The notes: generated by a model from the sequence alone, not told the origin. A stretch of 63,893 nt of DNA, filler included, from Conidiobolus incongruus B7586 (GCA_000697335.1; 8 parts of 8 records of this genome joined end to end with filler, not necessarily neighbours in it), one strand, 5' to 3'. Numbered from the whole stretch's first letter, positions 36,231 to 51,196 are shown. Numbers and translations are program-made.

Positions 36231-37569
36231 ATTTATATGAATTTCATTATAAAGTTATTCTCAAACTGACAATTATTTTGACATCTGTTGAAACTTATCT
36301 GTGTATATTGAAACAATTGATAACAGTATTTCTTAAATATCAACTTGAAGAATATGTATATTAAACATTCAGAAAGTGAATTTTACACTTAATCAAATTT
36401 TATAATACAAAAAACTCAGATTATTTTTAGTGTATGTTCAAGATTTCGCAATATTGCTATATTGCTATGAAGCCTCCTAGAATAGTACTTGTCAACCCTA
36501 GGCCCGATTTAAAAAAGCTTACTCTGACAAATAGCATCAGATAGTTGTCAACTTGGTAAATTAATTCAATTTTCGTGATTAAATATATTTTCATTCAGTG
36601 AAGTTTAAGATATTTAGAAAAAAAATTTCAGTATTCAGCTTTATATGAAACAAGAGGGATATCAACTAATAATTCATCTAGGGCAAAAGGCAATAGTTAA
36701 AATGGGATTAATAGTGACTAAGAAATGAACTTGATTGAAAAAGATAACTTGGTAAATCGGAGTTAGTTTATAACCAATGACAAAGTATTGAATTTGAATT
36801 TGAGAAATTTATGTTACTATAAAATCACCGTTTATAATATAAAACCATTAACAATTGAATATAAATTTCCAATTTTTCAATTATTTTCTTCAACAATTGA
36901 TTGTCCTGATTGTAATTGGTATCAGCTGTTATTTGATTTAGTAGTTGGTACAATTGGAATCTCACTACAAAATAAAAGTATATAATAATCCAACAAAGGA
37001 TTAAAAAAGAATGTTATTCAAAGGTTCAACAAGTAAATTTGCAAACTACGATCAATTTTGTGTGAATTACAAATACTTCACTGTTATTAAATATAATGTT
37101 GATTAGTCATAAATAATTTACAGTTCATCATATTCATTATTTTTGACAATTGCCTTCCATAGGAATTTCAATTATTACAAATATGATTGAAGATCATGGT
37201 AATTCAAAATTTACCAGTATTAAAAGAAGAGTATTTATTCAGTATTATATTATGAAAAATATTCAGTATCAAATATTCAAAGAAATCTACAAGTAGCAAC
37301 TAGTGGCAAATGGCTTTAAAAATTTAAGAATGAAAAATGATTTAGTGAACATATTGCTTGAAAGTCCAATTTAGAAGATTTATTTTGCCCATGCCATCTT
37401 AAATCTGCATCCAATAAAAGAAAAGCATACAGAATTAAAATATGTATCAAATATCCGCTATATACCTTAGTAAATACACTGGTTGAATTTCTATATTTTA
37501 ATTTTAATTTTGTCAAAATATTATTATAAATTAATTTCGAAATAGGTAAAAATTAGGAATATATATATC

Positions 37570-38085
37570 TATATTTCAATGGAAGATCCAATAACGTGCA
37601 AAAAAAATATAGCTAATATTAAATATGATTTTTAATGCTTATCTTACCATGCTTAAAAAATTATTCTAATCAATGAATTATAGAGTTTAGTTTATAATTT
37701 AATATTAAGAAATGAACTTGGGATAGAATCATAACCACTAATAATAAATACCAAAGTAAGAAATATTAAAAAAGCATATGTTATTATTAGATAAAAATAT
37801 CAATGGTAAAGTATTTCACCAATAATTACCAGTAAAGGAGATTTAGGATAATTAAATATACTATATACTTTGAAAAACTAATGATATTATTTGATATAAA
37901 AAATTTATAAAAAGTTTATATTTTACTTAACTATAGCTATTGAAAACAAAACCAAATATTGAAAAGAACTGGTCTTATTACCCCATTCACCATATTAACC
38001 AAATATGAATTATTGAGATTATGATTGTTTTAGTAAGTTGAAAAATTTAAATTAAGATATTATTTTAGATTTTAAATAATAAGGC
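37570..38085 (+). mobile_element. Highly decayed mariner-like transposase fragment (distinct subfamily)
   Basis: Near 37975-38045 translates LPHSPY*PNMNY*DYDCFSKLK, resembling HPPYSPDLNPCDY..F..LK. Confidence 0.55.
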
Positions 38086-38099
38086 TTTTTTGAGATGAA

Positions 38100-39050
38100 T
38101 AATAAACAAAAATTATGATATATAATTTACAATAATAAATATATATTATAAAATCAATACTCTTGTTTATTATTAATAACCCTTTACTATATTCTTAATA
38201 AAAATCTAACACTTAAAAAATAGTTTTTTAATAGATTAAATTTGATATTTTACCAATCAAAAAAATAATTAATATAAATTTTTGTTATAATTAGATTTTT
38301 TTATTTATTTAAAGTAATTATAATTATATAAGTCACAATCTAGTCAATATACTAGATATGGTAACATTTTTAATTATTTTTAATTAGAAAAATTTTTCAG
38401 AGTTAGTTTTATATATTATATAATTATTATATAAAATAATTAATATTTTTATATATTAAAAACATTAAAATAATTTTATTGAAAAGATCAATATCAAACT
38501 TATTATTAATTAATTTCCCATCAAAAACTGAATAAGAATATTATATGTTATTATAATCTGTTATCATATTTAATATTCACTTCTATAAAAAAACTTATAT
38601 AATTTATAAAAGGGATTATTTTAACTTATTTTTTTGATTTGTATTTTGATTAAAAATTATAAAGATTTATGATTTGATAATTATAAAAACTATTAATAAA
38701 ATTTTAATTTTAGTTATACCTTAATAAATATTATTTAGTTATAACTAATCTAACCTTTTCTCAAGTTTGAATTTAATTTATTTAATTTATTTCTTTATTA
38801 ATTAATTTAGGTTTATATATTAATATATATAATATTCTCATATAGCTAATATTCAAGTATTGTGGTAATTCTTTTATTCAAATAAAAGGTGTTTTTCAAC
38901 ATATTTTTTGCTTTTTTAATAATCAAAACAATATTAATTAAAATTAATTTTTAAAATTTATATAGTTTTAGATATAAAATAATTTACCTAGAAATAAATA
39001 GTTGATTTAGATAAAACATTATTTTCAAAAGCTTCTTATAAATTTAAAAT
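38100..39050 (-). mobile_element. Degenerate mariner abutting the GH47 pseudogene
   Basis: Colinear with 54170-55100 and 59470-60460. Confidence 0.75.
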
Positions 39051-39054
39051 TCAG

Positions 39055-39480
39055 TAAGGAAATTTGAAGACGATTTGAACAAACTTTAATTTTTCAGCTA
39101 GCTGCATTGCTTTTTCCAGTAATCCTCACACTCTAAATAGGTTGTAGCCACTGATCAACCCCCCAATATCAGTTCGTCGTCTCAAAAGTGTTGACAGATT
39201 GATCTGATTTGGCGGAGTCAACACTCCTGATGTTGCCAATGGCACTGCCAAATCCTTCCTTCATTACCATTATCCATACAGGTGATAAAGCATCTAGTAT
39301 AGTGAGACTGCATCTGCTAACACGATCTTCTACTAGTTTTCCGGAGATGGTGTGCACCTCATCAAATCCCCAAACATGTTTTTTAACCTTGCCAAACATT
39401 TTCAAAAGTTTGTTTAATAGCTTCTTTTCGTTCTTTACCGTCTCCACTGGTTGACTTTTTATGATAGTGCAGTCGATAAT
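39055..39480 (-). pseudogene. Truncated GH47 mannosidase pseudogene (5' part)
   Basis: KKHVWGFDEVHTIS..TILDALSPVWIM..NTFETT, then a frameshifted LGGLISGY..LLEKAMQLA; ends at the mariner. Confidence 0.85.
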
Positions 39481-40049
39481 GATGTAAAATAATAGAAAAT
39501 GTGGTGTATATTAATATGAACCAATATATGTTTCAATTCCAAATATTTAATATCATATTTTATTATAATGATCATACTAACACATTATATAATCAATCTT
39601 ATTATTATACTAACAATCGATTATATATATCATAAAGTGGAATTCCTGGACATCAAACATTAACTGAATTATTCAACTTTATCCTAATTTATTGGAGATG
39701 CTCCTCAAGTTAACATTTTGATGTAATTTCAAGATAATTTTCAAAAAGATTGATCAGTAATTTTGAAACATAATATAGATTAGATCAATTTCATTTGAAA
39801 TCAAAATAAATTTGATAAAAAAATAATAATTCAAATATTTATAATATTGTATATAATTCAAGATCGATTTAAATGATAAATGTAGCATCAATGTTTTATT
39901 CAAGTCGTATTTCATCTATTAATAATTTCATGATCGAAAAACACTAGATGCAATATAATATCTGGGCTTGGATAATAAATGAAAAATGAATATAAGTTTG
40001 CTAATACTGTTAGTATATGTAAAGTTGTAAGTTCAATATACATTATATA

Positions 40050-41504
40050 TTAACTCGGAATCTTGAAAGGATGGGCTTCTGTATTGAGTACCCACTTGTT
40101 CAGGTCTAGCAAGCTGTCATCCGAAAAGATCAAATATAAATACTTCAACGTCTCTGCCAAGAAGAAGCTCTCCATAATATCATCCTGCTGGGATGAGATA
40201 TTCTTATCGTCCACATTTTGATATACTGCGTATGCGGTTGGAGTCCTTGAGAATCTGTTAAATGCAATTAATATCTCCCATGCTTGATCTCTATAAATTG
40301 GATTTTTTGTGAATCTCCAAGAATAAAATAAAGATTCTAAAAGCTCGGGTCTTAAATAATTGATAGGATATATTGGTTGCATCGGCGAATTTCCAGAAAA
40401 GGACATTGTCTCTGGTGCTAATTTGGTTTGAGTTAACCTATAAAATTCATACCCTGTTTTAGTAACATTGAGACCAAGTTCGGAGTCTTTGCGAGTGTTT
40501 AAAATGAAGTCACTGTATTGGAGTAGACCTCCCATGAATAAGGATAAATGATCCATTATATTTTCTTGATTTCCAGAGGAATTAATCCGATAAAAGTATG
40601 TTAATCCATCTTGACCATGTTTTACCAGGGATCTAAATCCTTGAATCGATTCCAAATACATTCGCTTCAACTGCTCATCATTTCTATTAGTCAAAGCATA
40701 AACTTTTATCAGATATTCATAAAAACTGTCTCCAAGAGCACCAAAAGTGATTTCATTAGATATAAACTGGCCTGTTTGAGGGTTTAAATATACTGGATAT
40801 AATCCAGTTGCAGGTTTTTTCAACTTGTCCAAACGATCTATCACCGCCATCGCTTTGTTAGCATATTTAGAATCCTTGGTGATTTGGCTCAGTCTCACAA
40901 ATTCCAATTGACAAGTTCCGATTTCAGCGAGGATCACACTTCGACTTGAATCTACTTGGTTATTAGAGAAATTTATCGCACCATATGGGAAGCTTGATGG
41001 CGAATCAAATGATGGTAGTAATTTGTCAGCTAGGGATATTGCTTTGTTGAGTAACATATGATCTCCGGATAAATCATAAGCTCCTATCAACCCACCCAGG
41101 AATCGTATGATGGTTTCAAAAAATAAGACTGGAGTTTGAGCTTTGGTAAAATCTACCTTTTGAACTTGTCTTACAGTTTCGTTGAACTCATCTTTCAAAT
41201 CCATCAGCCATAAAGTAGTCATTGCATCAACTAGTGTGGCACCCCAGCCTTGGAACCTATCGCTCTTTCTCGTATTGGAGATTGGCCCTACTTCATCAGC
41301 TCCCCAAGCATATTTTTTGTAACCAGTCCAAGCGTGCAAGAACGCTTCGCGTACTGCTTCTTTGCGTTTATTATTGTCCTTTTCATTTGGATTAAATTTG
41401 AGTTGTCGAATATCTGTACTAGATACTTTAATGTGATTATTTTGAGGTTTTGCTAAAATGAAAGATTGATGCAAGAGTATATTTAATAATAAACAATATT
41501 TCAT
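40050..41504 (-). CDS. GH47 alpha-1,2-mannosidase, likely secreted (paralog 3)
   Basis: GH47 motifs; signal peptide MKYCLLLNILLHQSFILA; intronless. Confidence 0.95.
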   Translation of the reverse strand: MKYCLLLNILLHQSFILAKPQNNHIKVSSTDIRQLKFNPNEKDNNKRKEAVREAFLHAWTGYKKYAWGADEVGPISNTRKSDRFQGWGATLVDAMTTLWLMDLKDEFNETVRQVQKVDFTKAQTPVLFFETIIRFLGGLIGAYDLSGDHMLLNKAISLADKLLPSFDSPSSFPYGAINFSNNQVDSSRSVILAEIGTCQLEFVRLSQITKDSKYANKAMAVIDRLDKLKKPATGLYPVYLNPQTGQFISNEITFGALGDSFYEYLIKVYALTNRNDEQLKRMYLESIQGFRSLVKHGQDGLTYFYRINSSGNQENIMDHLSLFMGGLLQYSDFILNTRKDSELGLNVTKTGYEFYRLTQTKLAPETMSFSGNSPMQPIYPINYLRPELLESLFYSWRFTKNPIYRDQAWEILIAFNRFSRTPTAYAVYQNVDDKNISSQQDDIMESFFLAETLKYLYLIFSDDSLLDLNKWVLNTEAHPFKIPS

Positions 41505-42846
41505 AATTTTAAAAATTAAAATATTAAAAATACAATAAAAGTGAATAATATTGATATAAAAGATGGTGGATGTTTAAATAAGTGAATTAATTAATTTCAT
41601 CAAACACCAATTCATAAGCATATCAACAACACTTTGAACTTTTAATCAATTACTTAAATAACATACGATTCTTTATTCACATAAAAATTTAGATATATAT
41701 AATATTTAGATGTTAATCTAAAGGTGAAGATCGGTCAACAATCTAATCCAAAATCTTACATTCGAAAATATAGCTAATGTACCCCACCCGTTTCATCCAA
41801 TTATTTCCGATTGAATTCTTCCTTACTGTTTATGTTAATCATTAATTGTTTAATAATTTTAATGATTTAATAACTGATAAGTGAATTCAATATAACATTT
41901 CAATCGATTTGTTTGAATAATTAAAGTGATCTCAAGACATTGAGAACATCGTAATAAAATATTTTTTTAATAAATCCAAGGATTTTTTTCAATTTATATA
42001 TTTGAACAAATTATCTTTAACTTTGAATTAACTTTACTTCGGATTGATATTTTGAATTAAATGTAATTATCATTAATATTCATTAAAAGTTTGTATAGGG
42101 AATAATATAAGGGATTATCTTATTATTCAGCATTGTAATACAATATAAGTCATCCAATCAAAGTTATATATCTTGGAATAGTGATTATTTCTTTTTATCA
42201 TTTACTTAATATTGATTTTAGTTTTTAAAAAAATCAATTATTTAATTAGATAAATTTATAAAATTCTTATTCATTTTTCAAAAAATTAATGATCATATAT
42301 TACTACTACTCTTGATTATTTAATAAAACAAAAACTGTTATCACTAAATGATTTAATTTATTTTTGTTTGACATTCATGCCAAAATTAGTGGATTTTTAA
42401 TGAGTTAGAGATTAAATGTTGAAGATATAAAAAATATCAATCGCATCAATAAATGATATTTATACTTAATCGACTACTAGTATTGGAATTACTCTTAACC
42501 TAACCAAAGAAAGATATCTTGAATGAGTTTTTAATTAAATTGTTCACTAGCTAATAATTTCCGCAATACTATCAAATAAATTTAATACACATTTCAAATT
42601 TTGATAAAATGAAGCAATAAATTGTATTAGAATAATATCAAAGATAGTTTATCAAAATAAGTATATATCAATCTCCAGTCATTTCATCTAATAATTATAA
42701 TAATAAAAGGAAATTTACATTGATAAATTTTTGAATTAATCATTATATTTTTAAATCACACATAAATAGATTTAATTAAAAGCAAATTCATTATAATATG
42801 ATAATAATAGAAATAAATTTTCTATTGAACAGAACCTAAAATATAG

Positions 42847-42847
<1 letters not shown>

Positions 42848-42885
<38 letters not shown>
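42848..42885. repeat. (TA)n microsatellite
   Basis: Direct reading of a tatata run with one interruption. Confidence 0.8.
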
Positions 42886-42887
<2 letters not shown>

Positions 42888-45800
42888 ACTATAGATGCAA
42901 CTACATTCTATTTAAATTTCATTCCATTATAATGTAACAAATGTACTAATTATTTTAAGTTAAAATGTGATATAAATGTTAGTGAATTATTCTACATACA
43001 TTTTATAAAGAATTAGTGTTCTAAAGATATATTTTATAAAAAAGTTTTTATAAATTTTAAGTGAAATATAAGCGAATTAGAGCTTTTAATAAATATACTT
43101 ACTATATAATTATAGCTATCTACAATTATTAAATCAATTATTTTTCCTATTTTTAAAAAAAAATTAAAATTTTATTAAATTTTATATGAATATTGTTCAA
43201 ACTGAAAAATGAACAAAATATACTATTAAAGAATTCCCAAAGCTGTCAAAGAAAAAATATAATAAATTTTAATACCATAAACCTGGTATCCAAGCTTGAT
43301 ATTTTATTTTTTTTGTGTTTTTTAGTAATTTTATCTAATATTGGTTTGACATATATTATATTGAATCAGATAATTTAATATCTTAATTTCATCAAATATT
43401 AATTAAATTTTTAAAAACAAATATTACATAAGGAATTTAAAATCATTTATAACATAAATTGCATTAGGACAGTATCTATTATATTCATGTTTTTTTGAAT
43501 AATCTCTTTTTTGATCAGTTGTATATTCCAACTTAATTCGAATCATATTCTTAAAATAGATCTTTGTAATAAATAGTAAAACAATATTTTATATCGAATA
43601 CAACTTCAAATATCAATATTTATATATTACATACTTAGTGTTATTGCGAAAATTAAAATATTATATATCAAATATCAAATTGCTATATAAAAATATTAAT
43701 TATATAATTTTTTACTTGAATAACTAAAAAATATTATCGGTTTCGATAAAAATAAATCAAAACATGAATTATAGTAATTTGAATATATAATTTCCAAACA
43801 ATAATAAAATAATATATATTTAGTTATTTTAATGTACAATTTGATTCATGATTGATAGCATAATTTTGATTTTTAACTCAATATTGCTAAACAATACGTG
43901 AATGCAATATACGTTTAATACCTAATAACATAAGTATGATAATTGTTATGAAATTATTCTGTGATTAAATAGCAAGTTTTCAAAACATAGTTCAAATTAA
44001 TTTTTTCTTAGATTAATGATACAAAAAAGTATATGTTTTCAATATTAAATAATGAATCAAACTAATTATCTATTTAACTAATGGGATTAATAACTTTATA
44101 TCAGTCTGTGCTTTAATTTAAATAAAACATAACGGTGAAACTTTTTTTCAGCATAAAGTTATTGCATAATTTAAAAATTTTATAAAATGGAATATATTAC
44201 AATAATATAATAATTAAATCATTGAAAATTATTGATTATAATACATATTAATACAAGTGCACTGGTTATTATATTTCAATCTTTTTTATTATAATTTACA
44301 TTCTAATATTGATTAGAATATAAAGATAATTTTGTTTAAAGATTGATTTTCATAACAAATTTTAATTTTTTCATACTAATTGAATTTTTAATGAATTTTA
44401 TAAATGAAATCTATTAATGACATATATTTAGAATAAAGGACTTTGATAAAATGTATAATAACATGGAATAATGGTAGATTTTATTATAGATAACAATCAC
44501 TGTTTTTGAAATTAAATATGAAGTATAAATAATAGTTTTTAAACGAACTATTTAACAGAATATATAAAATTCTCTAATTAACAAATTATTAAATTAAAAA
44601 AATTGTATAAGATAGTTCTTAATTATTGCATTTTTATATTAAAATATTTTAAATCTGGAAATTTAGTCTTTTAATTAAATATCATATTATGGTATGAAAT
44701 ATTGAAAAGCCAATCCTATACAATGCATTTCATTTGATACCATAGAAAATATTTTGAATACTTATTTTTTTAAAAGAACTAGCATTCATTTATAAAAAGA
44801 TATACAATTTATTAATCAAATGAAACGTAATACCAGAATTTGAAATACTTGAAAAACGAATTTTTTGAATGAACAAAAACTTATTAAAAATACAAGTTTT
44901 TGAACCAGTGTCAGATATTTATTTGTCATATGGTTTATCCTTGCTGAATCATAAAATTTTTGGTATTTAATTAGCTACTGTTAAACGATAATTATGGAAT
45001 TAGTAATAATATTAATTATTTAATTTTACATTTTCACAATTTTAACATTGTGAATTTTATAATATTTTGACTTGAAATAAGTATTAATCTTTGCATAATT
45101 TAGACAAAATGTTTAACATAAATTTCAAAATATGAGAGTATTAGTTATACTATATATAGAATAGAATATGATTTACTAATACTTTGAAATATTGTCATAA
45201 TATAAACTTTTTATTTGACCGATTTATAACTTTTCAAATACCATCATATTCATATCAAATATTTTGTAATCACAGATTTGGAAAATACTAAAGAATCACA
45301 TTTTAAGTATGATTTTTCGTTTTTAAAAAAGAACTAAAATTAAATCATTAACAAATATTTTAATTTAAAATTAATAGAGGGTCTTATTTTAACGATTTTT
45401 TATTTTTAGCTTATATTTGATTGTTAAAACTAGCTTAATACTAAAGAATAATATTGCAGGAATTTGGGGAGTATGGAGAGGAACTAGGCAATCATTGGGG
45501 TAAACTAAAAATTAGATTCAGCAATCATTCATTTTAAAACCTTGTAAGAGATAAAATACATTATACAAAACTTTTATTAATAAAACAAATATTATAACTT
45601 TCATAGATTAATGAATGAGAATAAGCTAGTAATCAAGTATTTATTGATGATGACATATGGAATAAATTACCTAATCAAGTCCAACGTTTCTCCTAATAGG
45701 TTTTTAACTGTTAAGATGACTTTTTATTAAATCGTTCCATGCATGAAAAGTGATAATCAAGCGAATGAATGTTGTGATAATTTAAACTGAATCAAGTTCG

Positions 45801-46095
45801 AAGGATAAAAGGTAGGAATAACATTATTCAAATCATATTTTGCTTTCAGCTAGCTTATCTTCATCTGAAATCATCCTATCTAAGGTTAGTTGTTTGTTTA
45901 TTTTCCACTTGCTCTTATTGTTATACTTTGGCACTGGTTTGTACTATTGAGCTTGTATTTCTTTGTAAAACTTGTTAGATTATGAATATTGATACTTATT
46001 AGTTCTATATAAATTTCTTAACCAGATCAATTTACAAATTTATTTTAAATACAACTTATTTAATATTCTCTATTGCTTGTTGAATAATATTGGAA

Positions 46096-47625
46096 ATGAC
46101 TAATACTTCTATTGTGGTCGATTTACAAGAATTTGATGCATATCTCAAAAATAATAACAATGATATATCAGTTCAACTGGAAGGTCACAATCTTGAAGAA
46201 TGTGAGGTGTGCAAGTACGGGCTAGGACATGGAGGTTTAATCGATGATTATAATAAGGATAGAAAATCTACTAGCTTTTCAATTATAGTGAACCTTGTTG
46301 GTATATTCACAGTAGGTGTATGTCCTAGTATGCCATGGGTGTTTGCACAAGCGGGATGGTTCGGTATATTTGTGATTATATGGACAAGCTGGTTGACATG
46401 GCTAGGATCAAAATATCTTGTCAAAGCACTATACTGCGTCCCGGGTCACCGTTTATATGATTTCACAGCCCTTGCAACTCACTTTTTTGGATATTGGGTT
46501 GGTAAAATTGTAAGAGTATTAGCTCATTTTATTCAAATATGTACTGTTGGTGTCTTGGTAGTCAGTATATTAGATAATGTCAGATTATTTTTGAAATATC
46601 TCGAAGTTAATGATATTGTGACAAACTATTTTCAACTGAGGTATTTGTATAACTTCATTAAATTTATAATCCTTACTTGATTGGAATTTTAGTACATTTA
46701 TTGCAATTGCTACTATAGCAGTTCCTGGCTATTTTATTAGAACAATGAATGATACAGCAGTAACCTCGTAAGAATAATAATCACAACTGATTAATTATGA
46801 ATTAAATCTGATATCATATTTAGCGTCATTGGATCTCTAAATGTCATTTCAATATGCATTGTATGCATTGCTCAATGTCGCCCTGATTATGAAACTAATC
46901 CTCCTGCATATGATTCCATCAAGTTGTCCACAATAGCTAATGGATTCAATCTGATTTTATACTGTTTTTCTGGACTGCTGAACTTTCCCCATCTGGAGCG
47001 TACTATGAGAGAGCCAAACAATTGGGATAGAGCAGCATTCTTTGGTATATTAATTACATGTTGTAGCTTTTTGTTTATTGGGACCATGGGCTACTGGGCA
47101 TATGGCGACGCGGCGGCAATTAGTTTTTATGAAAATTTACCTAAAAGTAATTCATTTTTATATTAATTAATATGATAAATTGCTTATAATAATTTCTTAC
47201 TAGGTTGGATTTTGATCTTCCTCACTGTCATGTTCATTATACAAACCTACACTAGTTGTCTCATATGTATGATTCTAGTTGTTGATGAAGAGCGCCCTCG
47301 CCTTAAAGAAAAACTTGGATCTAATGTCATAGTATCTCAACTAATTTATATTCTTGTTCACTGCTTTCCATATTTGGTCATGTGGTTATTGATCATTGGA
47401 ATTCGATTCTTCGACACATTCACCAATTTGACAGGATCTGTAAGTGGTGTTTACTTCAGTATTGTATTACCGGTAGTATATTATATACTAAGCTATGGAT
47501 TCAAACGTAGTATTTTTACATTGGATGGGTTTTGGATGACATTGATGGTTGTATTTGGATTGACATTAGGTAATTATTTTATTTATGTATCATTTTTGGA
47601 ATTATTAAAGAGGATAAATAGTTAA
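46096..47625 (+). CDS. Amino acid/auxin permease (Aa_trans) family transporter, 4 exons: 46096-46640, 46693-46767, 46824-47146, 47204-47625
   Basis: GVCPSMPWVFAQAGW, FSGLLNFPHLERTMREP and MGYWAYG motifs, many TM segments, three GT-AG introns that restore the frame. Confidence 0.85.
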
Positions 47626-47765
47626 TGTTATATTAATCATTCGTTTTAACTTTTCTGAATATTAAATATTAATAAAAATACTCTTACATTTTTTTCTGAA
47701 TTCTGCTGAAATTGTATTTTCATTAATATCTCACAAATTCTGAGTGACAAACTGAATAAATAATA

Positions 47766-48988
47766 TTAGTGCAGAAATTAAGTAATGGCACAATTTTAAA
47801 ATTAAAATTAAACAAATAAATTAATAAATAATATATAAAAATTAATGAATAATATAAAACTAATAGCTTCTTTTATTATTAATAACTCTTTTTTATACCT
47901 TTAGTAAACTTCTAATACTTAAAAAACAGTTCTTTTTATTAAAGACTGAAATTTGATGTTTCACAAACTAATTTAATTTGTTTGCAGGAATTTTTTTTCT
48001 TGTAAATTGTTTTTTTAATTGTTTAAAACAATTATAATTATATAGGTTATAATCAAGTGAATATACTAGATGTAGTAACTCCCTCTAATTTTTTTATATA
48101 AAAAATCTTTTACAGCTTTAGCTTTATGTATTTTATAATTATCATACAAAATAATAGGTGTTTTTAATTTATATTGAGAATATTATTTAGAAATTGTATT
48201 ATTTAAAAAAGTAATATATAATTTACTATTAATTGATTTTCCTTGAGGTATTAAATAAGAAAACTATATACCATTATAATTCATTATAACAATTAACATT
48301 TGTTTATATTTAAAGTGTTTATTTATTAAAATTTGTAAAGGGGATTAATTTAGCTTAACCTAACATTTTGTTTTATTTTTAGGTAAAGGATTATATAAAA
48401 GAATTTAAGATTCATCAATTATAAGTATTTACTGTAAAAACCTTTGTTTTTAGTTATACCTTAATAAGTTTAGTTTAGCTATAGCTACTTTAGTTTTCTT
48501 TTAAGTTTCTATTAAATTATAAGATATCTATTTTATATTTTTATTAATTAATCTAAGTTTAAACTTAAGTAAATATAACATGCTTGTATAATTAACATTA
48601 AATTACTTTAATAATTCTTTAACAGAAATAAAAAGGTATTTCTTAATATATTTTTTTACTTTATTAGTAAGTAAAAAAGTAACAGTAGAAATTAATCTTT
48701 TAGATTTTAGTAAATTTTAAATAATATCCTTTCTAGTTTTAAAATCACAAATCTAGCAATATATAGTAGTTTTAGATAAAACACTATCTTTATAAGCTGT
48801 TTGCAAGTTTTAAATGATTTTAGAGGGTTTATAATTAAGTTTTAAAGATATAAAAATAAAAGCCTTTTGTTAATCACAATCTAGTTTAAGCATAATTAAA
48901 TTTAGTGTAAATTTTAAAATCAAAATATTTTAATAAAAAAATAATAAAAATTGAATATATATATATAGTTTAAAAATATTTATTTTCC

Positions 48989-49019
<31 letters not shown>

Positions 49020-49092
49020 ATCTTTCAAAACATATAATATGTTTGAAAGATCAGAAATTAAAAAATTTGCCATTTCTTAATTTCCATACTAA
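47766..49092 (-). mobile_element. Full-length (1327 bp) but inactivated mariner
   Basis: Both TIRs present with TA on each side (47764-47765, 49093-49094); reverse complement of the 4776-5792 family; ORF broken by stops. Confidence 0.92.
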
Positions 49093-50276
49093 TAAATTTG
49101 ATAATTGTCATAAAAATAGTTTTTTGTATATTTGATTTTAATAGTAAATTAGGTGCTATTTGACTCTTGTTATAATTATATTTTATCTGAAATCATATTA
49201 CTTATATTCATTATAAACATCTTATTCAATATACCAACTTCACTCGTTTCAAACATAATATATATAATATCATAATTATTTCTCTATCTAAATATAAAAA
49301 TAAATTACAATAGCTGTTAAATTATTTTGGATTGAAAAATATAACCAAATATAAGTATTTATATGCTATTTAAAATTTGAAAATATTCCAATATAATTGA
49401 AATATTAATTGATTAGATCCAACAATCTATAAAAAATAATAAAACTAAAACAATGGAAATATTGATTAATGTACTAACATATTCCGTTTAAATGACACTA
49501 ATTAAAATATTTTTTGTATGATTTTAATCATCTGTATTATATGTTTTTCAATTTTAAAATTTAGTAACAAATAGATGAATAAAAAATATTTGAATAATAC
49601 CATTATAAACATATTAAATAATAAAATTGTCGCATGTCTATAGATCATAATTCAAATTTATTATTCAATTTGACTTGAAATATCTTTTAAAATCACTTAA
49701 ACCAATATTGTTAAACCAATTATATTTTGAATCCTTCAGCTCAGGATAAAAGTATTAACCAATAAACTAAATATATCAGTAGCAAATTGACGTATAAGAT
49801 ACAATCAATCGAATTTTTAATACTAAAAATATATACTATTATTCCATTATGTATAACTATATTTTTATATCTAAAAATATATTTAATGAGTGATACCGAA
49901 TTCAAAAATATTGTCTCGATTGAAATTCAGTTATCACTTATTTCAAAATTTCTCGCATAAATCTATACGAGCGATTAACAAATAAATAATTTTATAGTTG
50001 GGCATTATTGATAATAAAAAGCTATCTAAAACTTGGAATAAGCAATGATAATATGGGAAATATAGCTTTAAAAACTTTGATATATTCCTCAATATTTAAA
50101 CTATCAAGATCAATTTAATAAATATAAACAATAAAAATTTTCGGACCGAGTAACACATTAACCTCAATTAACCCATAACTTTGATCCATAATCAATGTGA
50201 CTTGTTGATCCACAATAGATGATTATTTAAATTCTTGATGTCCTTAATAAAAACAACTTGAATAAATCTAAGCAAT

Positions 50277-50921
50277 ATGAACACTATTAAACTTTATTTT
50301 GATATTAGTAGTTTTTACTCCGCATTAGCGGTCTTTAGAATTGTTAGAAGGATCAGAGATAAGAGCTTCAAACATCAATTTGATCTCAAACCCTTCTTAT
50401 TTTATGGAGTGTTGAAGGCACATGGAGCTACCACTCCTTCACCTGCTAAAGGAAAATATCTATGGCGCGATGTAGAACGTCAGTTTCAAGAACTCGGATA
50501 CGACAAGTTCCACACTAGTTATTTTCCCATTAACCCTGTCTTAGCTAACCGAGTTCTCATTTATTTGGACGTCAACGAATCTCAATTCCGCAACACCGAA
50601 CCCGAAGTGCCCTTGGCTCTTAGATTTGCTGAAAAGGCCTATGAAGCTGCTTACGTACAAGATGTTGACGTATCTAAACCCGAAAACTTGTGTAAAATTT
50701 TGAAGACCATTTTGCCAGATGCAGATACTGATAAAATTGTTCAAGAAGCCAACACCCAAAAGTACAAGGATATTCTCAAGGCTAATACCGATGAAGCTAT
50801 TGACAAAGGAATTTTTGGAGCTCCTACTTTCATCTGCCCTGATGGTGAGTTATTCTGGGGTAATGACCGTTTGATGTCAGCTTATAAGTGGGCTGATAAA
50901 GTTATTAAAGCCAAGCTTTAA
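50277..50921 (+). CDS. Glutathione S-transferase kappa / 2-hydroxychromene-2-carboxylate isomerase (DsbA-fold), peroxisomal
   Basis: YFDISSFYS, KGKYLWRD and GIFGAPTF..DGELFWGNDRL motifs; C-terminal AKL (PTS1). Confidence 0.85.
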   Translation: MNTIKLYFDISSFYSALAVFRIVRRIRDKSFKHQFDLKPFLFYGVLKAHGATTPSPAKGKYLWRDVERQFQELGYDKFHTSYFPINPVLANRVLIYLDVNESQFRNTEPEVPLALRFAEKAYEAAYVQDVDVSKPENLCKILKTILPDADTDKIVQEANTQKYKDILKANTDEAIDKGIFGAPTFICPDGELFWGNDRLMSAYKWADKVIKAKL

Positions 50922-51196
50922 TTTTTTAAATAGCTAACAATAATCTTATTAAATTGAAATATTGATTAATTCCATTAAATTTTGGTTGTTCATAATTATA
51001 ACTAAATTTCATTATATTACTTGACTCTTCAGGATTTATTAAATACAAAATTTTCAATTATTTTGATTTTATTCAAAATTTTTATTTCAATTTAATAGAT
51101 AAGCTGTCCCATAAATCTGAACCAATTTAAACGTGACTTGTTTGATTCAAATTCAACTCTATTGTAATATATCAACTTAACAAAAAACCTAACCAA

